Shown: positions 29,460 through 39,171 of the stretch, piece after piece
Numbering within the stretch: the first letter of the stretch is position 1
How the letters are laid out: every line of letters begins with the position of its first letter
Origin: Gemmatimonadales bacterium
GTDB taxonomy: Bacteria; Gemmatimonadota; Gemmatimonadetes; Gemmatimonadales; GWC2-71-9
Length of the DNA: 64,000 nucleotides
Direction: 5' to 3'
NCBI GenBank assembly: GCA_041613315.1
Contig: JBFJHJ010000008.1
Location: 20,544-84,543 of the forward strand
The notes under the pieces: generated by a model
Told to the model about the DNA's origin: nothing
Seen by the model: the letters and a program-made list of their open reading frames with translations, nothing else
Database searches by the model: none
Program-made: the position numbers and the translations under genes

Positions 29460-29993
29460 ATGCGACGGATCGATCTCAAAACCATCCTGCAGCACACTGT
29501 CTCGAGTCTCTACGGCGACCTGGTCACCCGTCCCACCGGCCAGAAAGTGCGGAACGGGGTCGAACGGGAGCTGGCCTCTCTGGACGGCGAACAGGTCGTG
29601 GTGATCGACTTCGGCACCGTGCGCTGCCTCGACATCTCGTGCGCCGACGAGATCGTGGGCCGCATACTGCTCGATCACGGCCACGCCCGCACCATCGTGC
29701 TCCAGGGCGTCGACACGTCCCACTGCGATGCGATCGAGCAAGTGCTCGAGCGCCACCAGATCGCGGTGGTGGCGCGCGACCGGACCGGTCGGATCCGCGT
29801 GCTGGGCCCGGTCCAGGAGACGGCGCGGCGCGCCTTCGGCGAATTGACCCGACGCGGCGCGGCGGCGCCGGAGGAGTTGGCCGCGCGCCTCGAGGTGTCG
29901 CCGGACGTGGCGCGGCGCGCCCTGGCAGAGCTGCTGGCGCGGCGCCTCGTCCGGGCGTGCCATGACGGTGCGGTCGCTGTCTCGGCGCCATGA
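29460..29993 (+). CDS. STAS-like (DUF4325-type) + winged-HTH protein
   Basis: VVVIDFGTVRCLDISCADE STAS-like motif; C-terminal EELAARLEVSPDVARRALAELLARRLV wHTH. Confidence 0.7.
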   Translation: MRRIDLKTILQHTVSSLYGDLVTRPTGQKVRNGVERELASLDGEQVVVIDFGTVRCLDISCADEIVGRILLDHGHARTIVLQGVDTSHCDAIEQVLERHQIAVVARDRTGRIRVLGPVQETARRAFGELTRRGAAAPEELAARLEVSPDVARRALAELLARRLVRACHDGAVAVSAP

Positions 29994-31153
29994 CGCAGCG
30001 TCCCTTCGGCCGCTCCACGACAGCGGTCCACGGGATCCCGCAGGCGGGGGCGGACCGCTCCCCGGTGGCCACGCCGATCTACCAGAGCACCACCTTCCGC
30101 AATCCGGTGGGCTCGACCGATGAGGTGCTCTACACCCGCTACGGCAACAACCCCAACCAGATTCGCCTAGGCGAGAAGGTGGCGCGCCTGGAGGGGGCGG
30201 AGCGGGCGATCTTCACGGCCAGCGGGATGGGCGCCACGGCGCTCGCGCATCTCGCCATCCTCCGGCCCGGCGACCACCTCTTGTCCAGCCAGTGGGTGTA
30301 CGGCGGGACGCGGCGGCTCTTCGGCGAGGAGTTCGGCAAACTCGGCATCGAGGTCACGTTCGTGGACCCGTCCGAGTCGCGCAACTGGCGGCGACACCTC
30401 ACGAAGAACACGCGCGCGATCTTCCTCGAGACGCCGACCAACCCGCTCGTGCGGGTGATCGATCTCGAGCCGCTGGCCTCCCTTTGCAGCGAGCAAGGCA
30501 TCGCGCTGATCGTGGATTCGACGTTTGCGTCGCCCATCAACTTCCGGCCGCTCGAGCACCGGGCCGACGTCGTGATCCACAGCGCCACCAAATACCTGAA
30601 CGGGCACTCGGATGTGATCGGCGGCGCGGTGGCCGGCTCCGAGGCGGTGATTGAGGAGGTGCGCCGCCTGATGCAGGTGTGGGGCCAGTCCGCCGACCCG
30701 CACGCCACGTGGCTCGTGGAACGGGGGCTCAAGACCCTGGCGGTGCGCATGGAGCGTCACAATGCCAACGGGATGGCGTTTGCCCGTTGGGCGTGCGACC
30801 ACCCCGCCGTGGCCGCGGTGCACTACCCCGGCCTCGAGACCCACCCCGACCACGAGCTGGCCGCCCGCGTGCTGGAGGGCTTCGGGGGGATGTTGGGGAT
30901 CACCCTCGCCGGGGGCGCGGCGGCGACCGAGCCCGTGCTCCGGCGGCTGCGGCTCGCCACCCACGCGCCGAGCCTCGGCGGCGTCGAGACGCTCGTGTCC
31001 GAACCACGGTTCACGTCGCACGCGGGACTCTCCACCGAGGCGCGCGTGGCGGCGGGCATCCCCGACGGCTTCCTGCGGGTCAGCCTCGGGATCGAGGACG
31101 TCGAGGACATCATCGCGGACTTCGACGCCGCGATGAGCGCGCACTCGCCGTGA
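29990..31153 (+). CDS. PLP-dependent trans-sulfuration enzyme (cystathionine gamma-synthase/lyase family)
   Basis: PIYQSTTF, YTRYGNNP, ASGMGA, ETPTNP, HSATKYLNGHSD, SLGGVETL. Confidence 0.92.
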   Translation: MTQRPFGRSTTAVHGIPQAGADRSPVATPIYQSTTFRNPVGSTDEVLYTRYGNNPNQIRLGEKVARLEGAERAIFTASGMGATALAHLAILRPGDHLLSSQWVYGGTRRLFGEEFGKLGIEVTFVDPSESRNWRRHLTKNTRAIFLETPTNPLVRVIDLEPLASLCSEQGIALIVDSTFASPINFRPLEHRADVVIHSATKYLNGHSDVIGGAVAGSEAVIEEVRRLMQVWGQSADPHATWLVERGLKTLAVRMERHNANGMAFARWACDHPAVAAVHYPGLETHPDHELAARVLEGFGGMLGITLAGGAAATEPVLRRLRLATHAPSLGGVETLVSEPRFTSHAGLSTEARVAAGIPDGFLRVSLGIEDVEDIIADFDAAMSAHSP

Positions 31154-31851
31154 TTCGCTTTGCCAAAGTCTTCAAGGCCTTCCCGAAGGGCTCGCTCGCG
31201 CTCAAGGACGTGACCTTTCACGTGGCGAAGGGCGAGTTCGCCTTCCTCACCGGCCATTCGGGTGCGGGCAAGTCCACCGTGCTCCGTCTCGTCTACGCCG
31301 ACGAGCTGCCCACGTCCGGCGACGTCCGCGTCTCGGGGTTCGTGACCAGCCAACTCAGCGGCCGCGAGATCCCCAGACTGCGGCGGCGGCTGGGGATCGT
31401 GTTTCAGGACTTTCGGCTGCTGGAGGACCGCACGGCCGAGGAGAACGTCGCCTTCGCGCTCGAGGTCACGGGGACGCGCCGCAGCATGATCGGCCCCAAA
31501 GTGATGCGGGTGCTGGCGCAGGTGGGCCTCGCGGCCAAGGCGCGAGCCTACCCGCGCGAGCTGTCCGGGGGCGAGCAGCAGCGCGTCGCCATCGCCCGGG
31601 CCCTGGTCAACGACCCCCTGGTCCTGCTGGCCGACGAGCCGACCGGCAATCTCGACGAGCGCGCCACGCGCGGCATCTTCCAGCTGCTGCGTGACATCAA
31701 CGCGACGGGCACCGCGGTGATCATGGCGACGCACGACCTGGACCTCGTACGCTCGGCGAGCTACCGCTCGATCGAGCTGCGCGACGGCGCCGTGGTCTAC
31801 GATTCCGCCGAGGAGATCGAGGAGAGCGACGAGGAGGTCGAAGCCCGATGA
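31150..31851 (+). CDS. ftsE: Cell division ATP-binding protein FtsE
   Basis: GHSGAGKST, GIVFQDFRLL, LSGGEQQRVAIARA, ADEPTGNLD; followed by ftsX. Confidence 0.93.
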   Translation: MIRFAKVFKAFPKGSLALKDVTFHVAKGEFAFLTGHSGAGKSTVLRLVYADELPTSGDVRVSGFVTSQLSGREIPRLRRRLGIVFQDFRLLEDRTAEENVAFALEVTGTRRSMIGPKVMRVLAQVGLAAKARAYPRELSGGEQQRVAIARALVNDPLVLLADEPTGNLDERATRGIFQLLRDINATGTAVIMATHDLDLVRSASYRSIELRDGAVVYDSAEEIEESDEEVEAR

Positions 31852-32705
31852 GGTTCGTGCTGCGGGAGGCGCTCGCCTCGTTTCGGCGCCAGCCGGTCCT
31901 GTCCACCCTCGCGATCACCACCATCGCATTCGCCTTGTTCGTGCTCGGGCTGTTCAGCCTCGTGGTCCTCAACCTCCAGGGAGCGCTGCGCACGGTCGAG
32001 GAACGGGTCGAGATCGTGATGTATCTGGTGCGCGGCACTCCGGTCGAAGCGGTCACGATGGCCATGGCGGACATCGAGGCGTTCCCCGAAGTGCTCGCGG
32101 TGAACTACGTGACCGAGGAGCAGGCCCTGGAGCGGGCACGGCTGGAGCTGGCGGAGTTCCAAGGCGTCTTCGACGACCTCACGACCAACCCCCTGCCGGC
32201 GTCGCTCGAGATCCGCCTCCGACCGGGCTTCCGGCAGAGCGATCAGGTGGACGCGGTGGCCCGCCGGCTGCGGGGCTTCCGTTTCGCCGAGGACATCCGC
32301 TTCGGGCGCGACTGGGTCGAGAAACTGGACCGCCTGCGGGATATCGCGGCGGTCGTGGGGCTCGTGCTGGGCGCGGGGTTCGGCGCGGCCGCCGTGATCA
32401 TCATCGGCACGACGATCCGCATGACCGTGCTCGCCCGCAGCAGGGAGATCCAGATCATGCGGCTGGTCGGCGCCACCGACGGGTTCATCCGCCGGCCGTT
32501 CATCCTCGAGGGCGCGCTCAAAGGAGCGGTCGGGGGCGTGAGCGCCGTCATTCTCTGTTACATCGCGTACCTCGCGGTCAACTCGGAGCTGTTCCTCGGC
32601 GCGTTCTTCAGCACCGAGCAAGCCGGGCTCGTCGTCGGCTTCGGCACGGCGCTCGGCTTCGTCGCGAGCTCCGTCAGCGTCGGCCGCCATTTGGGGCAGG
32701 TATGA
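31848..32705 (+). CDS. ftsX: Cell division permease FtsX
   Basis: NPLPAS, TIRMTVLARSREIQIMRLVGATDGFIRRPFILEG. Confidence 0.93.
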   Translation: MRFVLREALASFRRQPVLSTLAITTIAFALFVLGLFSLVVLNLQGALRTVEERVEIVMYLVRGTPVEAVTMAMADIEAFPEVLAVNYVTEEQALERARLELAEFQGVFDDLTTNPLPASLEIRLRPGFRQSDQVDAVARRLRGFRFAEDIRFGRDWVEKLDRLRDIAAVVGLVLGAGFGAAAVIIIGTTIRMTVLARSREIQIMRLVGATDGFIRRPFILEGALKGAVGGVSAVILCYIAYLAVNSELFLGAFFSTEQAGLVVGFGTALGFVASSVSVGRHLGQV

Positions 32706-33883
32706 TCCCCCGCGTCGCTCTCCTCGTCGGAGCCGCGCTCGTCCTGGCGCCCGCCGGCCTCGCCGCGCAGCAAAACGTCGAGCGACAGATCCGCGACAAC
32801 CAGGAACGCCTTCGGAATATCCGCGACGAGCGGGCGAGCCTCGAGCGCGAGTTGGAGCGGCTCCGCGGCCAGATGCACAACATCCGCAGCGAGCTCGACA
32901 ACCTGGAACGCCAGAAGACGATCACCACCCGACTGGTCAACGAGCTGGACCGGCAGATCGGCGGCCTCAACGCGCAGCTCGACTCCACCACGTTCGACCT
33001 CATCCTGACCGAAGACGCCCTCGCCGAGAAGCGCGCCGTTCTGCGCCAGCGGTTGGTGGCGATCTACAAGCGCGGACCGCTGTGGACGTTCCAGGTGTTG
33101 CTGGCCGCGGAGAGCTTCGGCGACCTACTCTCCCGCTACAAGTACTTGTACCTGGTGAGCCGCCAGGACCGCACCCTGGTAGACGAGGTGGAAGAGCTGC
33201 GCGACCGCATGGCACAGCGACGTGGCCAGCTCGTGGCGATCCACTCGGAGCTGGGGGCGCGCCGGGACGAGCGCGGCCGCGAGCTCGACCGCTACGTCAC
33301 CCTCGAGCGCGGCCGTCAGCGGGCGCTGCGGCAGACGCGGGCCTCCGAGCGCCGCGCCAATACCAGGCTCGATTCCCTCGCCCGCGACGAAGAGCGCCTG
33401 GCCGACATCGTCGCGCGCCTCGAAACCGAGCGGCGGCGCGCGGTCGCGGGCGGCGCGCCCCGGGCCGGGTCGATCACCACGGCGAGCCTCGGGGCTCTGG
33501 AGTGGCCCGCGGACGGCGACCTGTTGTACCGCTTCGGGCCGGCCCAGGGACCCGACAACACCGTGATCCGGCGCAATGGGATCGGCATCCGGCTCCCGGT
33601 GGGGACGACCGTCCGGGCCGTGGCCCCTGGGACCGTGGAGATCGCCGGACTGATGGGCACCTACGGTCCGAGCGTCCTCGTCGACCACGGGGGCGGGTTC
33701 TATACGCTGTACCTCTACCTGACGCGGTTCGACGTCCGCCCCGGCCAGGTCGTGGGCGAGGGACAGGCCATCGGCCAGTCCGGCGGCGCCACATCCGACG
33801 TCGGACCGCATCTCGAGTTTCAGATCCGTGGGGAAGGCGGCATCGCGCTCGATCCGTTGAGCTGGCTCAAGCCGAAGCGCTGA
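32702..33883 (+). CDS. envC: Murein hydrolase activator EnvC (coiled coil + M23)
   Basis: Signal peptide, long coiled coil, M23 domain (NGIGI, DHGGGFYTLY, HLEFQIR); follows ftsEX. Confidence 0.85.
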   Translation: MIPRVALLVGAALVLAPAGLAAQQNVERQIRDNQERLRNIRDERASLERELERLRGQMHNIRSELDNLERQKTITTRLVNELDRQIGGLNAQLDSTTFDLILTEDALAEKRAVLRQRLVAIYKRGPLWTFQVLLAAESFGDLLSRYKYLYLVSRQDRTLVDEVEELRDRMAQRRGQLVAIHSELGARRDERGRELDRYVTLERGRQRALRQTRASERRANTRLDSLARDEERLADIVARLETERRRAVAGGAPRAGSITTASLGALEWPADGDLLYRFGPAQGPDNTVIRRNGIGIRLPVGTTVRAVAPGTVEIAGLMGTYGPSVLVDHGGGFYTLYLYLTRFDVRPGQVVGEGQAIGQSGGATSDVGPHLEFQIRGEGGIALDPLSWLKPKR

Positions 33884-34010
33884 ACCGCCTCGCAGCGCGC
33901 CAGCGTGGTACCGCCCATCGTCGGCCTGCCGGCGTTGTTCGCCAACGTGGCCACACGCTGCTCGGCCACCATTGCCGCCCGACGCCCCACCGCGTGGTAC
34001 CTTGCATTCC

Positions 34011-34499
34011 ATGACCGGCCGGCCCCAAGAGCCCAATGCGATCCAACGGCTTGCCCGCAGCGCCGCGGGGATGACGACCCTGGCGCTGGCGATCGGCCTC
34101 TCGCTGGGGTTCGGCGCCTTCACGTTCATCTACGGCCGAGGCGCGTCGTACCTCACCAACAACCCGGCCGCCTGTGCGAACTGTCACGTCATGCAGGGGC
34201 ACTTCAACGGCTGGCTCCAGGCAAGTCACCGATCGGCGGCGACGTGCAATGACTGTCACACGCCGCCGGGACTGATCGGCAAGTACGTCACGAAGGCGAG
34301 CAACGGCTTCTGGCATTCGGTGGCTTTCACGAGCGGTACATTCCAGGAGCCGATCCGGATCAAGGCCGGCAATCTCGTCGCGACCGAACGGCGCTGTCGC
34401 ACGTGCCACGCCGAGGTCGCCTCGGTCGTGGACGGACCGGACGGAGCCGAAGCCAGGAGTTGCGTCCCGTGCCACCGATCCGTGGGTCACCGGCGCTGA
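34011..34499 (+). CDS. nrfH: Cytochrome c nitrite reductase small subunit (tetraheme)
   Basis: TM anchor; CANCH, CNDCH, CRTCH, CVPCH; adjacent to nrfA. Confidence 0.92.
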   Translation: MTGRPQEPNAIQRLARSAAGMTTLALAIGLSLGFGAFTFIYGRGASYLTNNPAACANCHVMQGHFNGWLQASHRSAATCNDCHTPPGLIGKYVTKASNGFWHSVAFTSGTFQEPIRIKAGNLVATERRCRTCHAEVASVVDGPDGAEARSCVPCHRSVGHRR

Positions 34500-34544
34500 G
34501 GCCGGTGGCGCCCGGCACATTTCGAGGAGCCCCGAGACAGAGCG

Positions 34545-35990
34545 ATGACCGCACCGAACGAGCCCGGCCCCACTCCCACCGACCGGCATTGGCCCTGGCG
34601 CCGCTTCGTGCTGCTGACCCTGGCGGCTGCCGCCGTGAGCGCCGGGGTGCTGGCGCTGCTGGTGACCATCTTCGAGCGCAAGCAAGAGGCGCGAACGCCG
34701 TTCTTCCGGGTCGTGGAGCTGAGCGATACGACCGAGGACCCCGAGGTGTGGGGCCGCAACTTCCCTCACCAACTCGATGCGTACCGCCGGACGGTGGATC
34801 AGGTGCGCACGCGCTTTGGCGGCAGCGAGGCCATTCCCCGCACACCGGACGACGTCGATCCACGATCGGTCGTCGCGCAATCCCGGCTGGAGGAGGACGC
34901 TCGGCTTCGGACGATGTGGGCGGGATACGCGTTCAGCCAGGACTTCCGCGAGGATCGCGGCCATGCGTACATGCTCGAGGATCAGACGTTCACGGAACGT
35001 CAGCGCGCCGCGCCCCAGCCGGGGACCTGCGCGCACTGCCACGCCTCGGTCTACGTACCCTATCTTCGGCTCGGAAACGGGGATCTCGTCGCGGGGTTTG
35101 CGAAGATGAACCCCATGCCGTACGCGGAGGCGCGACGCCATGTACAGTACCCCATCGCGTGCATCGACTGTCATGACCCCACCAGCATGCGGTTGCGGAT
35201 CACACGGCCCGCCTTCATCGAAGGCATACGGGCGTACAAGGTCACGCAGGGTGTCCCCAACTACGACGTCAACCTCCAGGCGTCCCGACAGGAGCTGCGG
35301 ACGTACGTCTGCGCCCAGTGCCACGTGGAGTACTACTTTCGGGGCGCCGAGAAGCGGCTCGTCTATCCGTGGGCCACGGGACTGAAGGTCGAGCAGATCT
35401 ACGGGTACTACGATTCGGTCGGCTTCCGCGATTGGATGCACGCTGAGACGGGTGCCCCGGTCCTCAAGGCGCAGCATCCAGAGTTCGAGCTGTGGAGCCA
35501 GGGCGTCCACGCGCGCTCGGGCGTGGCGTGCGCCGACTGTCACATGCCGTACCAACGGGTCGGCGCACTCAAGGTGACGGACCACCACGTGCGGAGCCCA
35601 CTGCTCAACATCAACAATGCCTGCCAGACCTGTCACCCGGTGCCCGAGCAGGAGCTGCGGAGCCGCGTGGAACTGATCCAGGAGAACACTCACTTGTTGC
35701 GAAACCGGGCGATGGACGCGCTGGTGGCGCTCATCGCAGATCTCCGCGATGCGCAGCGCGCCGGGCGCTCCGCCGCGTCGCTCGGCCCGGCACGGGAACT
35801 GCAGCGCCGGGCCCAGTTCTACATCGACTTCGTCGAGGCCGAGAACTCGACGGGCTTCCACGCGCCACAGGAGGCGGCACGGATCCTGGGAGAAGCCATG
35901 GACTTCGCGCGCCAGGGGCAGGTGGCCGTGCGCGACCCCGGCTTCCGACCGACGGTCCCGCGCTCCCGGTCCGCGACGAGCACCCCGTAA
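34545..35990 (+). CDS. nrfA: Ammonia-forming pentaheme cytochrome c nitrite reductase
   Basis: WAGYAFS..FREDRGHAY, five CXXCH motifs, CAQCHVEYYF, KAQHPEFE, ENSTGFHAP. Confidence 0.93.
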   Translation: MTAPNEPGPTPTDRHWPWRRFVLLTLAAAAVSAGVLALLVTIFERKQEARTPFFRVVELSDTTEDPEVWGRNFPHQLDAYRRTVDQVRTRFGGSEAIPRTPDDVDPRSVVAQSRLEEDARLRTMWAGYAFSQDFREDRGHAYMLEDQTFTERQRAAPQPGTCAHCHASVYVPYLRLGNGDLVAGFAKMNPMPYAEARRHVQYPIACIDCHDPTSMRLRITRPAFIEGIRAYKVTQGVPNYDVNLQASRQELRTYVCAQCHVEYYFRGAEKRLVYPWATGLKVEQIYGYYDSVGFRDWMHAETGAPVLKAQHPEFELWSQGVHARSGVACADCHMPYQRVGALKVTDHHVRSPLLNINNACQTCHPVPEQELRSRVELIQENTHLLRNRAMDALVALIADLRDAQRAGRSAASLGPARELQRRAQFYIDFVEAENSTGFHAPQEAARILGEAMDFARQGQVAVRDPGFRPTVPRSRSATSTP

Positions 35991-36166
35991 CGCTCGGGGA
36001 TCCGGCGAGTCGACGTCGCCCCTGACACCGGTCCGCCCCGGGCGCGCTGCGGCGCCGTCTGCCGGATCGAGTGCGCCGCGCACTCCACGACACACGTCCG
36101 CGATCTGTCTACCACTTCCGATGTCGTCCACCGACCCCTTGTGGAGCCGGTGCTGATGGAGTAGTA

Positions 36167-36182
36167 ATTCATACGTATGAAT
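36167..36182. promoter_or_regulatory. Perfect 16-bp palindrome, probable TetR operator
   Basis: attcatac|gtatgaat overlapping the TetR start codon. Confidence 0.7.
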
Positions 36183-36794
36183 GATGCCGCAACGGACACG
36201 CCTGCTCTGCTCCTCGAGGCCGGTACGACCCTCTTCGCCGAGCGGGGCTACGATGGCACGTCCATCCGCGACCTCACGCGACTCGCCGGCACAAACCTGG
36301 GCGCCGTTACGTACCACTTCGGCTCCAAGGAAGCGCTCTACGAGGCCGTCATGGCCGCGGTCGCCGAACCGCTTCGTGAGCGGCTGGCTGGTGCCGCAGC
36401 CGCACCCGGCGCGCCGCTCGACCGCATCGAGCAGGTCGTCCGCACTTTCTTCGACCACCTGAGCGACCACCCCGAGCTCCCCCGGCTCATCATCCAGCAG
36501 TTCGCGTCGGCGCGCCCGATGCCCCAGACGGCGCTCCGCGTCATGCAGGGCAATCACCAGACCCTGGCGACGCTCATCGCCGAGGGCCAGCGCAACGGCA
36601 CGATCCGCCCCGGCGACCCCCGCCTCATGGCGCTCTCCATCGGTGCGCAGCCGGTGTTCCTCACCCTCGTTCGCCGGGCCCTCCAGGAGGCCGTGGCGAT
36701 CGATCAGGCCGACCCCGACATGCGCGCACGACTCGTGGACAGCGTTGTGGCGTTCGTGCGCGCGGGCCTTGGGGCGGACGGGAGATCCAAGTAA
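36177..36794 (+). CDS. TetR/AcrR-family regulator (CecR-like)
   Basis: LFAERGYDGTSIRDLTRLAGTNLGAVTYHFGSKEALY HTH. Confidence 0.93.
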   Translation: MNDAATDTPALLLEAGTTLFAERGYDGTSIRDLTRLAGTNLGAVTYHFGSKEALYEAVMAAVAEPLRERLAGAAAAPGAPLDRIEQVVRTFFDHLSDHPELPRLIIQQFASARPMPQTALRVMQGNHQTLATLIAEGQRNGTIRPGDPRLMALSIGAQPVFLTLVRRALQEAVAIDQADPDMRARLVDSVVAFVRAGLGADGRSK

Positions 36795-38164
36795 TGACAT
36801 CATCGCGCCATCATATGGTCATCATAGCGGCACTTGCCATGCTTCCGGGCGCATTGCCAGCTCAGGCGCAGGGGCCCGACCGCGGCGGAGATCGTCAGGC
36901 GCCGCTCACGCTGCACGGGGCGGTCCAGCGGGCGCTCGAGACGCACCCGGCCCTCTCGGCGGCCCGCGCCGCTCACGACGCGGCCGGCCAGGCGGTCGGG
37001 ATCGCCACTGCCGAGCGCTTCCCACAGCTCACGGTCCAGGCGGGGCTCACGCGGTTCGAAGAGCCGATGATCGTGGCACCGCTGCATGGCTTCGATCCCG
37101 CGCGGCCTCCCGAGTTCTCCCGCACGCTGACGGGTGGCGCCCTCGGCTTCAGCTACGCGCTGTTCGACGGCGGCGCGCGGGGAGCGCGGGTCGCGGGCGC
37201 TCAGGCCGACGCGCGGGCGGCGGCGGCGGCGCTGGGCGCCGCGGAGTCCGAACTCATGGCCGTCGTCGCCCGCACGTACCTCGCAGCGCTCAGCGCCCGG
37301 GACGTGCTCGACGCACAGCGGCAGGGGGTTGCGGCGCTCGAGGCCGAGCGCGACCGCGTGCAGCAGCTCCTGGCTGCGGGAAGCGCCGCCCAGGTACAGC
37401 TCCTGCGCGTGCGCGCGGCGCTGGCCGAGGCGGAAGCAGCCCGCGTCTCGGCGGCCGCCGCGCTCGACCTCGCCGAGCGCGGTCTCGCCCGGCTGCTCGG
37501 GGTCGATGCAGCGACGACCCGGACCGACCGTCTCGCGGCCGTGACGCTCGCCGACACGATCCCGGGTGAGCGCGACGATCTGCTCGTCCGCGCCGGTGCA
37601 TCGAACGATCGGATCGAGCAGGCCCGGTGGCGGATGGACGCGGCACGGCGCGACCACCGCGCCGCCGTGGCCGCGTGGTTCCCGCGGCTCGATGTGGTGG
37701 GGGGGTATCAGGGGTTCGGCACGACGGCCGAAGTCACGGCGGAGTGGCAGGCGGGCGTGCGGCTCAGCTATGCGCTCTTTGCCGGCGGCGGCCGGGCGCG
37801 CCGTGTGGCCGCCGCCACTGCCCGGCAGCGAGCGGCGGAAGAGCGGCTCCGGCTCACCGAGCTGGAGACCGCCCAGGCGGTGGACGGGGCGCTCTCGGCG
37901 GTATGGGAGTCCCGAGCCCGCGTCGCGGCCCACGAGTCCGCCGTGCGACATCTCACCGAGGTCGCCCGTATCGAGCTGCTGACCCTCGAAGCTGGGGCCG
38001 GCACCGAGGCCGACTTCCTCCAGGCGGAGGCGGCGGCCCGCCGCGCACGGGCCGCGCTCGCAGACGTGCGCCACGCGGAGATCGGCGCTCGCGTCGAGCT
38101 CGCGCGCCTCACGGGCGAGCTCACCCCCGCCTGGCTCACGCGCGTGCTGGAGAACCGACCATGA
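36794..38164 (+). CDS. TolC-family outer-membrane efflux protein
   Basis: Signal peptide; LTLHGAVQRAL..HP, FPQL, LFDGG, FPRL OEP repeats. Confidence 0.88.
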   Translation: MTSSRHHMVIIAALAMLPGALPAQAQGPDRGGDRQAPLTLHGAVQRALETHPALSAARAAHDAAGQAVGIATAERFPQLTVQAGLTRFEEPMIVAPLHGFDPARPPEFSRTLTGGALGFSYALFDGGARGARVAGAQADARAAAAALGAAESELMAVVARTYLAALSARDVLDAQRQGVAALEAERDRVQQLLAAGSAAQVQLLRVRAALAEAEAARVSAAAALDLAERGLARLLGVDAATTRTDRLAAVTLADTIPGERDDLLVRAGASNDRIEQARWRMDAARRDHRAAVAAWFPRLDVVGGYQGFGTTAEVTAEWQAGVRLSYALFAGGGRARRVAAATARQRAAEERLRLTELETAQAVDGALSAVWESRARVAAHESAVRHLTEVARIELLTLEAGAGTEADFLQAEAAARRARAALADVRHAEIGARVELARLTGELTPAWLTRVLENRP

Positions 38165-39171
38165 CCAGAGCACGGCGGCTCGCCATCGCCGGCGGCCTGC
38201 TGGCGGCGATCGCGGGCGTGTTCATCGGCACCCGGATTCTCTCGGGCAACGCCGACCAGGTGATTCTCGCCTCCGGCACCGTCGAGGCGACCGAAGCGGA
38301 TCTGGGTTTCCAGACCCCGGGGCGGATCGACAGCATCGCCGTCCAGGAAGGCGCTGCCGTCACGCCGACTCAGGAGCTGGCCTGGCTGGACCGAGCGGAG
38401 CTCCGCGCCCGGCGGCAGGCCGCGGCCGCGCAGGCGGCAGCGGCCCGGGCGCGGCTGGCCGAGCTGGAGCATGGGTCCCGGCCTGAGGAGATCGCGCAGG
38501 GCCGGGCGGCGCTCCGGGCGGCTGAGCAGCGTCTCGAGGACGCCCGGCGCGACCTCGAGCGGATGCAGCGGCTGTACGACGGTGGCGCCGCCAGCCGGCA
38601 ACAACTCGACCACCAGCAGACCACGTACGAGCTGGCAATGTCACAGCACGACACCGCCAAGGAACAGCTCGCGCTCCTGGAGCAGGGTCCCAGGGCCGAA
38701 ACCATCGCCGCCCAGCAGGCAGCCCTCTCCCAGGCCGTCGCGGCGGTGGCCCAGGTCGATGCGGCGCTCGGGCAGGCGGTGATCCGGGCGCCGATGCCCG
38801 GGATCGTGACCCTGCGCCACCGGGAGCCCGGCGAAACCGTGCCCGCCGGCTTGCCGGTCGTCACGGTGATGAACCCGGACGATCGCTGGGTGCGGATCTA
38901 CGTGCGGCAGGATCAGGTTGGCCGCCTCGCGATCGGACAAGCGGCCTCGATCACGGCAGACGCGTACCCGGAGCGGCGCTACGGCGGCGAGGTCGTCTTC
39001 ATCGCTCGAGAAGCGGAGTTCACCCCGCGCAACGTGCAGACGGCGGCGGAACGGGTGAAGCTGGTCTACCGGGTGAAAGTGCGCGTGACGGACGATCCGG
39101 GATACGACCTCAAGCCGGGCCTTCCCGCCGACGTGCGGCTCGAGCCTGCCCTACCCAGAACCCCCAGGTGA
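38161..39171 (+). CDS. HlyD-family membrane fusion protein (YbhG-like)
   Basis: SGTVEA, GSRPEEI, IRAPMPG, AEFTPRNVQT, LKPGLPAD. Confidence 0.9.
   Translation: MTRARRLAIAGGLLAAIAGVFIGTRILSGNADQVILASGTVEATEADLGFQTPGRIDSIAVQEGAAVTPTQELAWLDRAELRARRQAAAAQAAAARARLAELEHGSRPEEIAQGRAALRAAEQRLEDARRDLERMQRLYDGGAASRQQLDHQQTTYELAMSQHDTAKEQLALLEQGPRAETIAAQQAALSQAVAAVAQVDAALGQAVIRAPMPGIVTLRHREPGETVPAGLPVVTVMNPDDRWVRIYVRQDQVGRLAIGQAASITADAYPERRYGGEVVFIAREAEFTPRNVQTAAERVKLVYRVKVRVTDDPGYDLKPGLPADVRLEPALPRTPR

Noticed and set aside
33867..36803. 978-aa minus-strand ORF
   Set aside because: Antisense shadow of nrfHA/tetR
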